From assembly GCA_020848905.1 (NCBI GenBank), contig JADLHG010000005.1:3423-67422 (forward strand): 64,000 nt of DNA. Direction: 5' to 3'. Made by a program: the position numbers and the translations under genes. The notes below the pieces were generated by a model, which saw only the letters and a list, made by a program, of their open reading frames with translations, searched no databases and was not told the origin of the DNA. Source of the stretch: Deltaproteobacteria bacterium (GTDB taxonomy: Bacteria > Myxococcota_A > Polyangia > GCA-2747355 > JADLHG01). Every line of letters begins with the position of its first letter. Position 1 is the stretch's first letter. Below, piece after piece: positions 37,095 through 46,549 of this stretch.

Positions 37095-39596
37095 TTAGCT
37101 CCGGCGACGCCGGCGGCCGAAGAGGAAGAAGAGGCCCAGCACGAGCCCGAAGGTGGACGCCGAACCGGTGTCCGCCACCTCGCAGCCGCAGCCGCCGGAA
37201 TCCGTCGGCGCCACGTCGCCCGCCGGCGGAGGACCATCGGTCACGCCTGCGTCGCTCGTCGGCCCGGCCTCGGCCCCCGGCCCGGCATCGACCGCCCTGG
37301 CGTCTGGCTTGCCGGCATCCGCCTTCCGCGCGTCAGAGCCCGCATCTGCCTTCCGCGCGTCGGGCTGAACGGCGTCCACGATCCGCGCATCCGCCGGCCG
37401 GGCATCCGCCGGCCGAGCGTCCGCCACCCGCGCATCCGCCACTCGCGCGTCGGGGGTCGGCGGCGCGCTCACCGTGTAGGCCGCCGAGCGGCTGTTGTTG
37501 GTCTCCGTGCTCTCGGAGACGCCGCACTGCGAATCGGCCAGCGCGTGCGCCGTATAGGTCCCCGGCGGTACCGTGACCTGCGTCCAGGTCTTCGTCTCGC
37601 AGCCCTGCACGAAGAGCTGGCCCACGCTGGCCGTCACGTCGGGCGTGTCGAGGCAGGTGGTCGACGGCGCGGTCGTGCGGGAGTACCAGAGACCCACCTG
37701 CGACGCCGGCGAGAGCGCCGTGCCCTCGTTGCAGACCTGCGCCGAGTAAGTGACCGTGCTGCCCGTCACGGTGGCCGTCAGGTTGCGGACGACGAGGTCC
37801 GGATTCGTCGGAGGCAGGACCGTGTAGTAGTCCGAGGCCGTGTTGTTCACCTCGCTGAACTCGGTCACAGCGCAGCCGCGGTCCACCATGGCCCAGGCCT
37901 GATAGCTTCCCGACGTAGCGCCGGTTCGCACGTGCGTGAGAGTCCGGCACGCCCCCTGGCCCAGGCCGCCCGTCACCGTATCCGCGTGGTCGAAGGTCGT
38001 CACGCAGCCCGGCACCGACGAGCCGTTGAAGAGCAGCCCCACGCTGAAGTCGGAGCTCACCGCCGTGCCCGCGTTGCAGACCATCGTGGTGTAGGTGACC
38101 TGGCTCCCCACCACGACCGCGTTGATCGACGCCACGAAGAGGTCCGGCTGCGACGGAGCGATCCCGTAGGCCGAGAAGTCGGTGTTGTTCGCCTCGTCCG
38201 CCTCGGAGACGGCGCAACCGCTGTCCGCCAGGATCCACGCCGTGTAGCTCCCCTGCGGCGCGGCGTTTCGCACCCAGCTCAGCGTGGTGCAGCCGCCGTT
38301 CGAGAGGCCGGAGACGGCCCAGGTGTGGTCCGGCGTGAGACCGCAGACGGGAGCGGAGCTCCCCGAGTAGTAGAGCCCCACGAGGAACGAGAGCGTCGTG
38401 TCCGAGCCCTGGTTGCAGACGGTCACGTCGTAGGTCACGTCGGTGCCCGATACGGTCGAGGTGAACGACTGGACGTAGAAGTCGGCCCGCGGCACGGCGT
38501 AGGACTTGGAGCGCACGTTGTCCCCCTCGTTAGCCTCGGTGACGGCGCAGTCCGAATCGGCATAGACCCAGGCCAGGTAGCCGCCGCCCACCGCGTTGGT
38601 CCGCGTATGGGTCAGGGTCGTGCAGCTCGTCGCCGGCGTCGTGCCGAGGCTGCCCACGGTCCAGGTGTGGTCGGGCGCCGTGCTCATCGAACAGGTCGGC
38701 CCGGTGGCCATGTTGTACCAGAGCGCGGTCTTGAACGAGCCCGTGCTGGTGCTCCCGAGGTTACACACCGAGACGGTGTAGTTCACGGTGCTGCCGTTCA
38801 CCGACACGATCACGTCGGGGGAGACCCAGATGTTCGGTCCCACGCCGTAGGCCGACGAGGCCTGATTGTCCCCCTCGTCGCTCTCGGTGAGCGCGCAGCC
38901 CGAATCGGCAAAGGCACGGGCGGTGTACTGCCCCGCCGCCACGCCAGTACGCGTGATCGTGAAGTCCTGCGTGGCCTGAGGCGCGAGGCTGGAGATGGTC
39001 CAGCTCTGGTCGGCCGCAGCACCGCACGCAGGCGCGCTCGCCGCGTCGAAGTAGAGACCCACGCCCACGGAGGAGGTGATGGCGGAGCCGAGGTTTCGCA
39101 CCCGGAAGCTGTGCGTCACCGTCGTGCCGCTCACGGTGGTCGTGAAGTTCTGCACCTGGAGGTTCGGCCGCACGCGGTAGTAGGCGCTGACGTTGTTATT
39201 AGCCTCGTTCTCCTCTACGACGGCGCAGTTCCAGTCCGCGCGGGCCCAGTTGGTGTAGTCCCCCGGGGCCACGCCTCCGAGCGAGAAGGCCAGCGTGGAG
39301 GAGCAGGCCCCCGGGGCCAGCGCGCCAATCGTCGCGGTCTGCGCAGGCGTGTCGCTGCAGCCCGGCGCGGTCCAGGTGTTGAAGTAGATGCCGAGCGTGG
39401 AGGAGGGAGCCGAGGCCACGGAGCTGCCGTTGCAGACGCGCGCCGTGACGGTCACCGTATTGCTGCCGCCGGCACCGTAATTCACGCTGGTCCCCAGGAT
39501 CTCCGCCCGGAGGTCCTGCGCCAGCGCGCGTGCAGGCAACGCCCCAAGCGCCCCGATGATGCACAGCTTCAACCACCTGCTCCCGTTGTGGCTCAT
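37095..39596 (-). CDS. secreted protein with about 8 CARDB repeats and a MYXO-CTERM-type C-terminal sorting tail
   Basis: RBS GAAGGAGGG precedes the ATG. Signal peptide. About 100-aa units repeat 'VCN.G......Y..........C...D..C.V.E..E.NN'. The C-terminus is 'GGCGCEVADTGSASTFGLVLGLFFLFGRRRRRS'. Confidence 0.75.
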   Translation of the reverse strand: MSHNGSRWLKLCIIGALGALPARALAQDLRAEILGTSVNYGAGGSNTVTVTARVCNGSSVASAPSSTLGIYFNTWTAPGCSDTPAQTATIGALAPGACSSTLAFSLGGVAPGDYTNWARADWNCAVVEENEANNNVSAYYRVRPNLQVQNFTTTVSGTTVTHSFRVRNLGSAITSSVGVGLYFDAASAPACGAAADQSWTISSLAPQATQDFTITRTGVAAGQYTARAFADSGCALTESDEGDNQASSAYGVGPNIWVSPDVIVSVNGSTVNYTVSVCNLGSTSTGSFKTALWYNMATGPTCSMSTAPDHTWTVGSLGTTPATSCTTLTHTRTNAVGGGYLAWVYADSDCAVTEANEGDNVRSKSYAVPRADFYVQSFTSTVSGTDVTYDVTVCNQGSDTTLSFLVGLYYSGSSAPVCGLTPDHTWAVSGLSNGGCTTLSWVRNAAPQGSYTAWILADSGCAVSEADEANNTDFSAYGIAPSQPDLFVASINAVVVGSQVTYTTMVCNAGTAVSSDFSVGLLFNGSSVPGCVTTFDHADTVTGGLGQGACRTLTHVRTGATSGSYQAWAMVDRGCAVTEFSEVNNTASDYYTVLPPTNPDLVVRNLTATVTGSTVTYSAQVCNEGTALSPASQVGLWYSRTTAPSTTCLDTPDVTASVGQLFVQGCETKTWTQVTVPPGTYTAHALADSQCGVSESTETNNSRSAAYTVSAPPTPDARVADARVADARPADARPADARIVDAVQPDARKADAGSDARKADAGKPDARAVDAGPGAEAGPTSDAGVTDGPPPAGDVAPTDSGGCGCEVADTGSASTFGLVLGLFFLFGRRRRRS
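37300..37450 (-). repeat. 15-bp (ADARx) and 30-bp tandem repeats in the C-terminal stalk of the CARDB protein
   Basis: 'catccgccggccggg'-type units on the + strand; the encoded protein reads 'ARVADARVADARPADARPADARIVDA'. Confidence 0.7.
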
Positions 39597-39960
39597 TCTG
39601 TCCCTCCTTCTACATAAGCCAAGCTTCAGGCTCGTCAGGCCCCCGTGCGCGGGTGCCGGCAAGACCTCAGGTCCAACGTCGATGGACTAAGGCGTAGACG
39701 ACTTTATCCCCATTCCTCTTCCCGCGCGCAAGAGAAAGGCCCGCATTTTTTGTGTACTCTGCCTGACTGGTGGTGCGTGTACCCGATCAGCACCGCCCAC
39801 CCTACATCCGAGGGGGCAGACCAGCGGCGCCCGGCCCGTGGGGCAGAAACGCGCTCCAAAGGCGTCACCGGGGCCGTGCGAGAAGCGACCCGGCTTGACG
39901 CCCCGGTGCCCCCGGCGGCAAGCTACGCCGCGTTCGTCCCCCCCCGCGGAGCTCGAGGAA

Positions 39961-40371
39961 ATGCCCAAGTCCATCCGAGTGGTAGCCGCCGTGATCGAGC
40001 GAGACGGACAGTTCCTCATCACCCAGCGACGCCCCGAGGCCGTCCTGCCCCTCCTCTGGGAGTTTCCGGGAGGCCGCGTGGAAGAGGGTGAAACCGACCA
40101 GGGAGCCCTCGTCCGCGAGCTGCGCGAACGGCTCGACGCGGAGGCCGAGGTGGGAGACCAGCTGGCCAGCATGGTGCACGACTACGACGGCTACTCGGTG
40201 ACCCTCGTGATCTTCAAGACGCAGCTCGGCACGGGCGACCTCCGGCCGGTACGGGTGAACGACTTCCGCTGGGTGGCCTCCGGCGACTTCGAGAGCTACC
40301 AGTTTCCGCCCGCGGACCAGGCGACGATGGACAAGCTCCTCGGCTTCCCCGCGGAAAAGATGACCTCATGA
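39961..40371 (+). CDS. NUDIX hydrolase (MutT-like)
   Basis: Nudix box 'GGRVEEGETDQGALVRELRERLDAEAEV'. Confidence 0.8.
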   Translation: MPKSIRVVAAVIERDGQFLITQRRPEAVLPLLWEFPGGRVEEGETDQGALVRELRERLDAEAEVGDQLASMVHDYDGYSVTLVIFKTQLGTGDLRPVRVNDFRWVASGDFESYQFPPADQATMDKLLGFPAEKMTS

Positions 40372-40440
40372 CCCGCAAGCGCCGGCCGCCTCGGTTCCCA
40401 CGCGCCTCCCGGCGGTCCATCCGGTCTATGATGGGAGTCG

Positions 40441-43400
40441 ATGTCGGCGTCGGCTGAAGGAGCGCGCGGGGTCCAAGACGACGGCGCGGAGCACCTCGGG
40501 CGCGTCGAACGCGGGATCGCACACCACGCCGCGGGAGGCGACCCCACCGTCCTGGCGAGCCTCCACTTCCAGGCGGCGCAGCTCATGCTTGCGCGTCGCC
40601 GCGATGGGGACATCGACACCGCGATTCGGCACCTCTGGGAGGCCTGGCGCGCGCAGCCGGGGAACCTGGACACCCGTCTGCTCCTCCACCACTGCCTTGC
40701 CGAGGCCGGTCAGGCGCGACCCCTGGCGGAGCTCCAGGTGCAAGCGGCCGAGCTGGCGACGGACGGCGAAGAGCGCGGAGCCCTGTTCCTGAGCGCCGCC
40801 GAGCTGCTCGCGGCGACCGGCGACCCCGACGGAGCGGTTCGCCTCTACCAGCGCACCATGGGCCTGCGCGGCGAGGCGCTCCGCCGGATGCGCGTCACCG
40901 CGGCCCGCCGTGCAGAGGCCCTGCTCGACGACGGCGGGAGCCTCGAGGGGCAGGTATGGACCCTCTCGCTGGTCTTGCCGGACCTGCAGGACGACGACCC
41001 CCTCGAGTGCGCGCTGCGCATGGCCGAGCTCCAGCACCGCCTGGGCCGGGAGTCGGACGCCTACGCCTCGTACCGGCTCGCGCTCTCCTTGCAGCCCGGC
41101 GCCCCGCGCGCCCTCGCCGCCGCCCGACGCCACCTCGAGACGCACGAGCAGTGGGAGGAGCTGGCCGAGCTCCTCGCCACGAGCGCCCCGGCCGCCGCGT
41201 CCTCCACAGAGAGAGCTGCCCTCTGGCGCGAGCTCGCGCGCCTTTCGGAGCTGCGCCTCGGAGACCGCGAGCGCGCCTGCCAGGCCTGGTGGCACGCGTG
41301 GGACGAGGAGCAGCTCGGAGAGGAGCCGACCGAGCTCAAGCGGCTCTACGCGCAGGGAGAGGACTGGGGGCGCTACCTGCAGGTCCTCCAGCGCGAGACA
41401 CTGCGGGCCGTGGAGGTCCCGCGCAAGCTCGCCGTCTATCGCGAGCTGGCCACGTTTCAGCGCGAGATGCTCGAGGACGAGCTGGCCGCCGCCGAGACGT
41501 ACGGGCTGATGCTTCAGCTCGACCCCGACGACCTCGCCGCGTTGCGCGAGCGGGTCGAGATCTTCGAGCGCAGCGGGCGCACCGAGCAAGCGGTGATCGC
41601 CCTGCGGCGCTACGCGAACCAGCAGGTGGTCCCCGAGCACCGCGACGAGGCGCTGCGCCGGCTGGTGGAGCTCGAGCGCACGCGCGGACGGCTCGACCAG
41701 CTCGAACGCCTCGTAGCCCGTCTGGACCCCACGAATCCAGCGAATCACGCCTTCGCCGCGGCGCTGCTCGCCCGTCTCGACCCGGCGTCCCGAGAGCGCC
41801 ACGCCATCGGCCTGCGCCTCATGAGCATGCGGCAGGCGGCGGGACTTCCGGCCGGCGAGTACCTGGAGCTGCTGCGCGACCTCGCCGAGCAGTCCCGGGA
41901 GCGTGGCGAGACGGGGGCGGCCGCCGAGCTCTACCGCCGGGTGCTCGCGGAGCGGCCCGAGGACCCCGCGGCGCTCGCGGCTCTCGCCGGCTTGCGGGCC
42001 TCGGAGCGCGTCGAGGACCCCGGGGTGGCCGAGCTTTCGGGCCGCGCGGAGGCGCTCGCTGCCGCCCATCCGGAACAGGCGGTGCGGCTCCTCATCCAGG
42101 CCGCGCACCGCGCCGACGCCGAGGCCGACGACGCGCAGGCCGGACGCAACGAGCTGCTGAAACGCGCGCTCGACCTGTGCCCGCCGTCGGCCACCGCCGA
42201 GCTGCGGCTCCTCGAGGACGCGCTCCGCGAGGCGGGCCTACGCCTCGAGCTCGGAGAGCTGCTCGCCACGGCCGCGCGCCACGAGTCGCGCGCCGACCGC
42301 AAGAAGGACCTGCTCCAGGCGCTCGCGCACCTCTTACGCGACGAACTCGGCGATCCGGTGCGCGCCGTCGAGGCCTTCGAGCAGGCGCTCACGCTCGATC
42401 CGCGCGACACCGCCGTGGCGCAGGAAGTCCGACGGCTGCATCGCGTACTCGACAACCACGCGGCCCTCGCCCGGACGCTCGAGGACCTGCTCCCGCGCAC
42501 CACCGACCGCGAGCGCATCCAGCTGCTCGAGGAGCTCGGGGGGCTCTACGCCGGGCCGCTGCGGGACGCGGCGGGCGCGCTCCGGCACTACGGCGACCTC
42601 CTCTCGCTCGTCCCGGATCACGACGAGGCCCTCGCCTACTGCCGCGCCCACGACGAGGCGAGCGGCGACTACCGCTCGGTGGCCGTGTTGCTCAGCCGCG
42701 CGGCGGAGGCCGCCGACGACCCCGTGTCGCGCGCCGAGCTTCACCGCAACATCGCGCAGCTCGCCGAGCAGCACCTGCACGACCTCGATTTCGCCGCGGC
42801 GCAGTGGCGTCGCGTGGTCGAGCTCTGCCCGACCGACGGCGCCCCGCGGAGCGAGCTGAGGCGGCTCCTTTCGGCCCTGGGCCGCCTTCGAGAGCTCGAG
42901 GCTCTCCTCCTGAACGACATCTCCCGCTCGCTGAAGCCCGAGGAGAAGATCCCGGTCTACCTCGACCTGGCGCGGCTCGCCGCGGACCAGATGCAGGACC
43001 TCCGCACGGCGGCCGGGTACCTGCGCAACGCCCTGCAGCTCGCCCCACAGCACCGCGAGGTGCTCGGCCGCCTCGTGGAGGTCTACGAGAAGCTCTCCCA
43101 GTGGCGCGAGCTCGCCGCGATCCTGCGGCGCTGCGCCGAGCTGGAGCCAGACCTGGAGCGGAGGAGCCGGCACCTCACCCGCGCGGCGCGCGTCCTTGCC
43201 GCGCACCTCGGGCGGGACGACGACGCGCTGGCTCTCTGTCAGAAGGTGCGCGAAGCCCGCCCCGGCGATCGCGCCGCGGCCACACTCCTCGCGGAGATCT
43301 TCGCGCGACGTGGAGCGTGGCGCGAGCTCGCGCTTCTCATCGGCGAACAGATCGGCGTAGAGAGCGATCCGCTCGAGCTCGCCCGGCTGCACCTCGACAT

Positions 43401-45015
43401 GGGTCGCCTGCTCCTCGAGCGGCTGAACGACCCGGAAACCGCGGCCACGCACTTCGAGCAGGCGCTCGAGCTCGACGCAGGTCGCGGAGACATCCTCCCG
43501 CTGCTCCGTCGGCTCTACACGGCCCTCGGCCGCTGGGACCTGCTCGTCGCGCTGATCCGCCGCCGCGCGAGCGCCGACGAGCTGCCCCCTCTCGAGCGGG
43601 CGGCCGCGCTCTGCGAGATCGGCCGCATCTGCGCCGAGCAGCAGTCCGACGTCGAGGGGGCCAAAGAGGCCTTCGAGCGCGCCGTGCACCTCGCCCCCAC
43701 CTATCGCCCGGCCGTTACCGCGGTGCGGCAGCTCGCTCTGGCCCAGCAGCAGTGGCGGGACGCCGTGGCCGCCGCGCGCCTCGAGCTCAAGCTGATCGAG
43801 GACCCCGCCGAGCGCACGGAGCTCCTGCTCCAGACCGCCGACATCCTCCTCAAGCAGCTCAACCGGCCGAGCGCCGCCGCGGAGGCCCTCGAGGAGGCGC
43901 TCCAGGCCGACCCCAAGAACGCCCAGGCGGCGGAGCGCCTCTCGGCCATCTACTTCGAGGCCGGCGACTATCAGCGCGCGGGAGACCTCCTCGAACAGGT
44001 CGTCAGCTCGGGGGCAGAGCTGCCCGACCTGCACGACTACTTCTACCGGCTGGGCTTCGCGAGCGAGCAGCTTGGCGACGAGGACCAGGCCTTCTCCTAT
44101 TACGTGAAGTCCTTTGGTCGCGAGCCGATGTACCTGCCGACGTTGAACCGGCTGGTGGAGCTCTGCTACCGCAGGCGGCAATGGGACAACACCCTGCGCA
44201 TCGCCGAGGCGTTGATCGAGACCTACACCGATCAGAAGTCCCCCGAGGAGATGGCGGAGCTCTGGCTGAAGGTGGGACTCTGCCACCTGCACCTCGCGCA
44301 GCGCGACGTGGCCGTGCGGCGTCTGCAGGAGCTCGTGCTCCGCCCCGGCGAGGTGCCGCGCACGCCGCTGCAGGCCTGGCAGGACGTGGCCGAATCCTGG
44401 GCCTCGACGCCGCTCGAACCGCAGCTCCTCGGCCAGGTGGATACCAGCGTCCTGTCTCGCGTGATCAAGGCCATGGAGCAGGTGCTCGTGTCCGTCCCGC
44501 AGCACGGAGGAGCGCTGCAGGTGCTTGCCGCGCTGACCCTCTCGCGGGCCGACTGGGACCGGAGCCTCCGCTACCTCGAGCGCGCCGCGGAGGTGCCGCG
44601 CCTCGACCGCAAGACGCAGGCCGCCCTGCTCCTGTCGGCGGGGGACGTCGCCGCGCGCCGCCTGCTCTCGGCGCAGCGCGCGGAGGGCTACTACCGTCGC
44701 GCGCTGGCCCTCCTGCCCGGCTCGGTGCGAGTCAGAGAACGGCTCGAGCAGCTCACCGAGGGTCGTCGTGCACCGGGCCGACCCGCAGCCGGAGGTCTCG
44801 GGGCGGTCTCGACGCTGCGGCGCGAGCTCGGGCCGCGCCCCGGGCCTTTGCCCCCGTCGCCGGTTCCGCTCGCACGGCGCGCGCCACCGCCGCCCCCTCC
44901 GCCCCTACCCATGCCGCCGGTCCCCGCCGCCGAGCCCGAGGACGAGGACGCGACGCGCCCGAAGCTGGACGCCCGCTCGTCGCAGCCCCGCATTCGCCGC
45001 CCGCCCGAGGATTGA
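40441..45015 (+). CDS. giant tetratricopeptide-repeat protein (1524 aa) with a Pro-rich C-terminal tail
   Basis: Recurrent 34-aa TPR-like helical units, for example 'AFEQALTLDPRD'. It ends with '...PPPPPPLPMPPVPAAEPEDED'. RBS GGGAG precedes the ATG. Confidence 0.7.
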   Translation: MSASAEGARGVQDDGAEHLGRVERGIAHHAAGGDPTVLASLHFQAAQLMLARRRDGDIDTAIRHLWEAWRAQPGNLDTRLLLHHCLAEAGQARPLAELQVQAAELATDGEERGALFLSAAELLAATGDPDGAVRLYQRTMGLRGEALRRMRVTAARRAEALLDDGGSLEGQVWTLSLVLPDLQDDDPLECALRMAELQHRLGRESDAYASYRLALSLQPGAPRALAAARRHLETHEQWEELAELLATSAPAAASSTERAALWRELARLSELRLGDRERACQAWWHAWDEEQLGEEPTELKRLYAQGEDWGRYLQVLQRETLRAVEVPRKLAVYRELATFQREMLEDELAAAETYGLMLQLDPDDLAALRERVEIFERSGRTEQAVIALRRYANQQVVPEHRDEALRRLVELERTRGRLDQLERLVARLDPTNPANHAFAAALLARLDPASRERHAIGLRLMSMRQAAGLPAGEYLELLRDLAEQSRERGETGAAAELYRRVLAERPEDPAALAALAGLRASERVEDPGVAELSGRAEALAAAHPEQAVRLLIQAAHRADAEADDAQAGRNELLKRALDLCPPSATAELRLLEDALREAGLRLELGELLATAARHESRADRKKDLLQALAHLLRDELGDPVRAVEAFEQALTLDPRDTAVAQEVRRLHRVLDNHAALARTLEDLLPRTTDRERIQLLEELGGLYAGPLRDAAGALRHYGDLLSLVPDHDEALAYCRAHDEASGDYRSVAVLLSRAAEAADDPVSRAELHRNIAQLAEQHLHDLDFAAAQWRRVVELCPTDGAPRSELRRLLSALGRLRELEALLLNDISRSLKPEEKIPVYLDLARLAADQMQDLRTAAGYLRNALQLAPQHREVLGRLVEVYEKLSQWRELAAILRRCAELEPDLERRSRHLTRAARVLAAHLGRDDDALALCQKVREARPGDRAAATLLAEIFARRGAWRELALLIGEQIGVESDPLELARLHLDMGRLLLERLNDPETAATHFEQALELDAGRGDILPLLRRLYTALGRWDLLVALIRRRASADELPPLERAAALCEIGRICAEQQSDVEGAKEAFERAVHLAPTYRPAVTAVRQLALAQQQWRDAVAAARLELKLIEDPAERTELLLQTADILLKQLNRPSAAAEALEEALQADPKNAQAAERLSAIYFEAGDYQRAGDLLEQVVSSGAELPDLHDYFYRLGFASEQLGDEDQAFSYYVKSFGREPMYLPTLNRLVELCYRRRQWDNTLRIAEALIETYTDQKSPEEMAELWLKVGLCHLHLAQRDVAVRRLQELVLRPGEVPRTPLQAWQDVAESWASTPLEPQLLGQVDTSVLSRVIKAMEQVLVSVPQHGGALQVLAALTLSRADWDRSLRYLERAAEVPRLDRKTQAALLLSAGDVAARRLLSAQRAEGYYRRALALLPGSVRVRERLEQLTEGRRAPGRPAAGGLGAVSTLRRELGPRPGPLPPSPVPLARRAPPPPPPPLPMPPVPAAEPEDEDATRPKLDARSSQPRIRRPPED

Positions 45016-45023
45016 GCTGCCGA

Positions 45024-45593
45024 TCACGCGGGCAGGATCTCGAAGAGGTGCCGCGCCACGCGCTCCCCCGCGAAGCACCGATAGTAGCGGCCGAAGCGCC
45101 GGATCCAGATGCGAGAGGCCCCGACGCGCGCGTACTCCCAGTAGGCCCCTTCCCCCGCCGAGAAGCCGACGGCTCCGGCCACCTCCACCTCGGCGTGGCC
45201 GCTCCGCTGCAAGCGGTAGACAGCCCCCTCGTGCTCCAGCATCTCGGGCGGCTCTCCCGCCGCCACCAGGCCTGCCACGAGCCGCCCGACGAGAGCACCG
45301 TCCTGATCTTCGGCGTGCACGACCACCCAGCTCTCGCCCGAGCCGTCGTCGGCGCGCACCTCGCACCAGTGTCGCGTGCCGTCGCGCAGCACGGCCACGC
45401 CCTTCACGATCAGGTCCCGCCCGTCGAGGACCAGCACGTCCTCGGGCTTCAGCGCCGCCAGCGAGGGCTCAGAGGGCTCCGCAACCACCGCGACCGCCTG
45501 AACCTGGGTCCCGCCGCGTCCCCGTCGTCGCGCGAGGTGCACGCCGAGCGACAGGCACCCTCCGGCGAGGAGCATGGCGACCAACACTTCCAT
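45024..45593 (-). CDS. hypothetical protein (about 190 aa, possibly DUF4178-like)
   Basis: Hydrophobic N-terminus. It is convergent with the TPR gene. Confidence 0.5.
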   Translation of the reverse strand: MEVLVAMLLAGGCLSLGVHLARRRGRGGTQVQAVAVVAEPSEPSLAALKPEDVLVLDGRDLIVKGVAVLRDGTRHWCEVRADDGSGESWVVVHAEDQDGALVGRLVAGLVAAGEPPEMLEHEGAVYRLQRSGHAEVEVAGAVGFSAGEGAYWEYARVGASRIWIRRFGRYYRCFAGERVARHLFEILPA

Positions 45594-45602
45594 GCGTTCA
45601 GC

Positions 45603-46190
45603 TTAGCGCGTGGAGAGGAGGCGGCGCAGCTCGTTGTAGGCCGTCGTCAGGCGCTGGCTCAGGTCGGTCGCCAGGCGCTGCTTCTCGGGGTCCCCCGAAT
45701 GCATATCGGGGTGGTACTTCCGCATCAGGACCCGGTACTGCTTGCGCACCGCCTCCTGGTCCGCGCCGTAGGGGCATTCGAGCTGCGCGTAGAGCCGCGC
45801 GATGCGCTCGTCCTGTCCCGCCGGCCGGGGACGCGCCGCCGCCTGCGGCCCCCCGGCTCCCCCGCGACCTGCGCTCGCCGTGCTCCCGGCGTTCCCGGTG
45901 CTCCGGGGCTGCGGCCCGGCCTCGCGCCGGGTCTCCGCGCCCGGTCGGCGGCCGGGCTGCCGTAGGGCCTCCTCGACCTCGTCACGCGCTTGAGCGTCCA
46001 CCGATCGCGCCGCCCCTCGCTCGGCTGCCTCGCGCCGCTGCCGCCGCCGCGCCATCTCGGCCTCCAGCTCGCGGTCCGAGAGCTCCTCGAGAGCTCGCCC
46101 ACCCGGGGCGTGGCCCCCATCCCCCGCGCGGTCGAGGAGCGCGTTCAGGTTCGAGCGCATCAGGTCGACGAAGCGCTTGCCGATGCTCAC
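45603..46190 (-). CDS. J-domain (DnaJ-like) protein
   Basis: C-terminal J domain 'YAQLECPYGADQEAVRKQYRVLMRKYHPDM'. GTG start overlaps the PilZ stop (GTGA). The longer ORF upstream is an artefact. Confidence 0.65.
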   Translation of the reverse strand: MSIGKRFVDLMRSNLNALLDRAGDGGHAPGGRALEELSDRELEAEMARRRQRREAAERGAARSVDAQARDEVEEALRQPGRRPGAETRREAGPQPRSTGNAGSTASAGRGGAGGPQAAARPRPAGQDERIARLYAQLECPYGADQEAVRKQYRVLMRKYHPDMHSGDPEKQRLATDLSQRLTTAYNELRRLLSTR

Positions 46191-46492
46191 GGCTTCCTCG
46201 CGAGCAGCCGCTCGATGAGCCGCTGGCTGTAGGAGGTCAGCTCGACGAAGGCCACGCCCATCCCCGGCGGGTTGTGCGAGACGCGAACCACCTCGCCGAT
46301 CCCCTCGATGGTCTCGATCTCCTCGATGATCACGCTGAACCGCAGGTTGACCTTCGTCCCGGGAGGGAGCGGGTCTTTCGAGCGGATGAAGACCCCGCTG
46401 CGCGAGATGTTCGTGACGTACTCGCTGATGAACTGCTCCACGCTCGCGAACTCGTGGTTGATGGTCACGCGCTGGTCCCGGGGCACCCTCAT
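46187..46492 (-). CDS. PilZ-domain c-di-GMP-binding protein
   Basis: PilZ motifs 'RVPRDQR' (RxxxR) and 'NISRSGVFI' (D/NxSxxG). The start is at the second Met; an alternative start at 46543 is possible. Confidence 0.75.
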   Translation of the reverse strand: MRVPRDQRVTINHEFASVEQFISEYVTNISRSGVFIRSKDPLPPGTKVNLRFSVIIEEIETIEGIGEVVRVSHNPPGMGVAFVELTSYSQRLIERLLARKP

Positions 46493-46549
46493 CGCACCAC
46501 CCCGCCGCGGCCAAACATCAGAAAGCTGATTAATCCCAGGCACATGATT

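Noticed and set aside
36570-39617. 1015-aa + strand ORF across the CARDB protein gene
   Set aside because: Arg/Gly/Val-rich nonsense. The - strand frame has a signal peptide, eight CARDB repeats and a MYXO-CTERM tail.
40956-45965. 1669-aa + strand off-frame ORF, plus antisense ORFs 40426..42108 and 42334..44505
   Set aside because: They overlap the 1524-aa TPR gene, whose frame starts at an RBS and shows helical TPR periodicity. The others are Arg/Pro/Ala runs.
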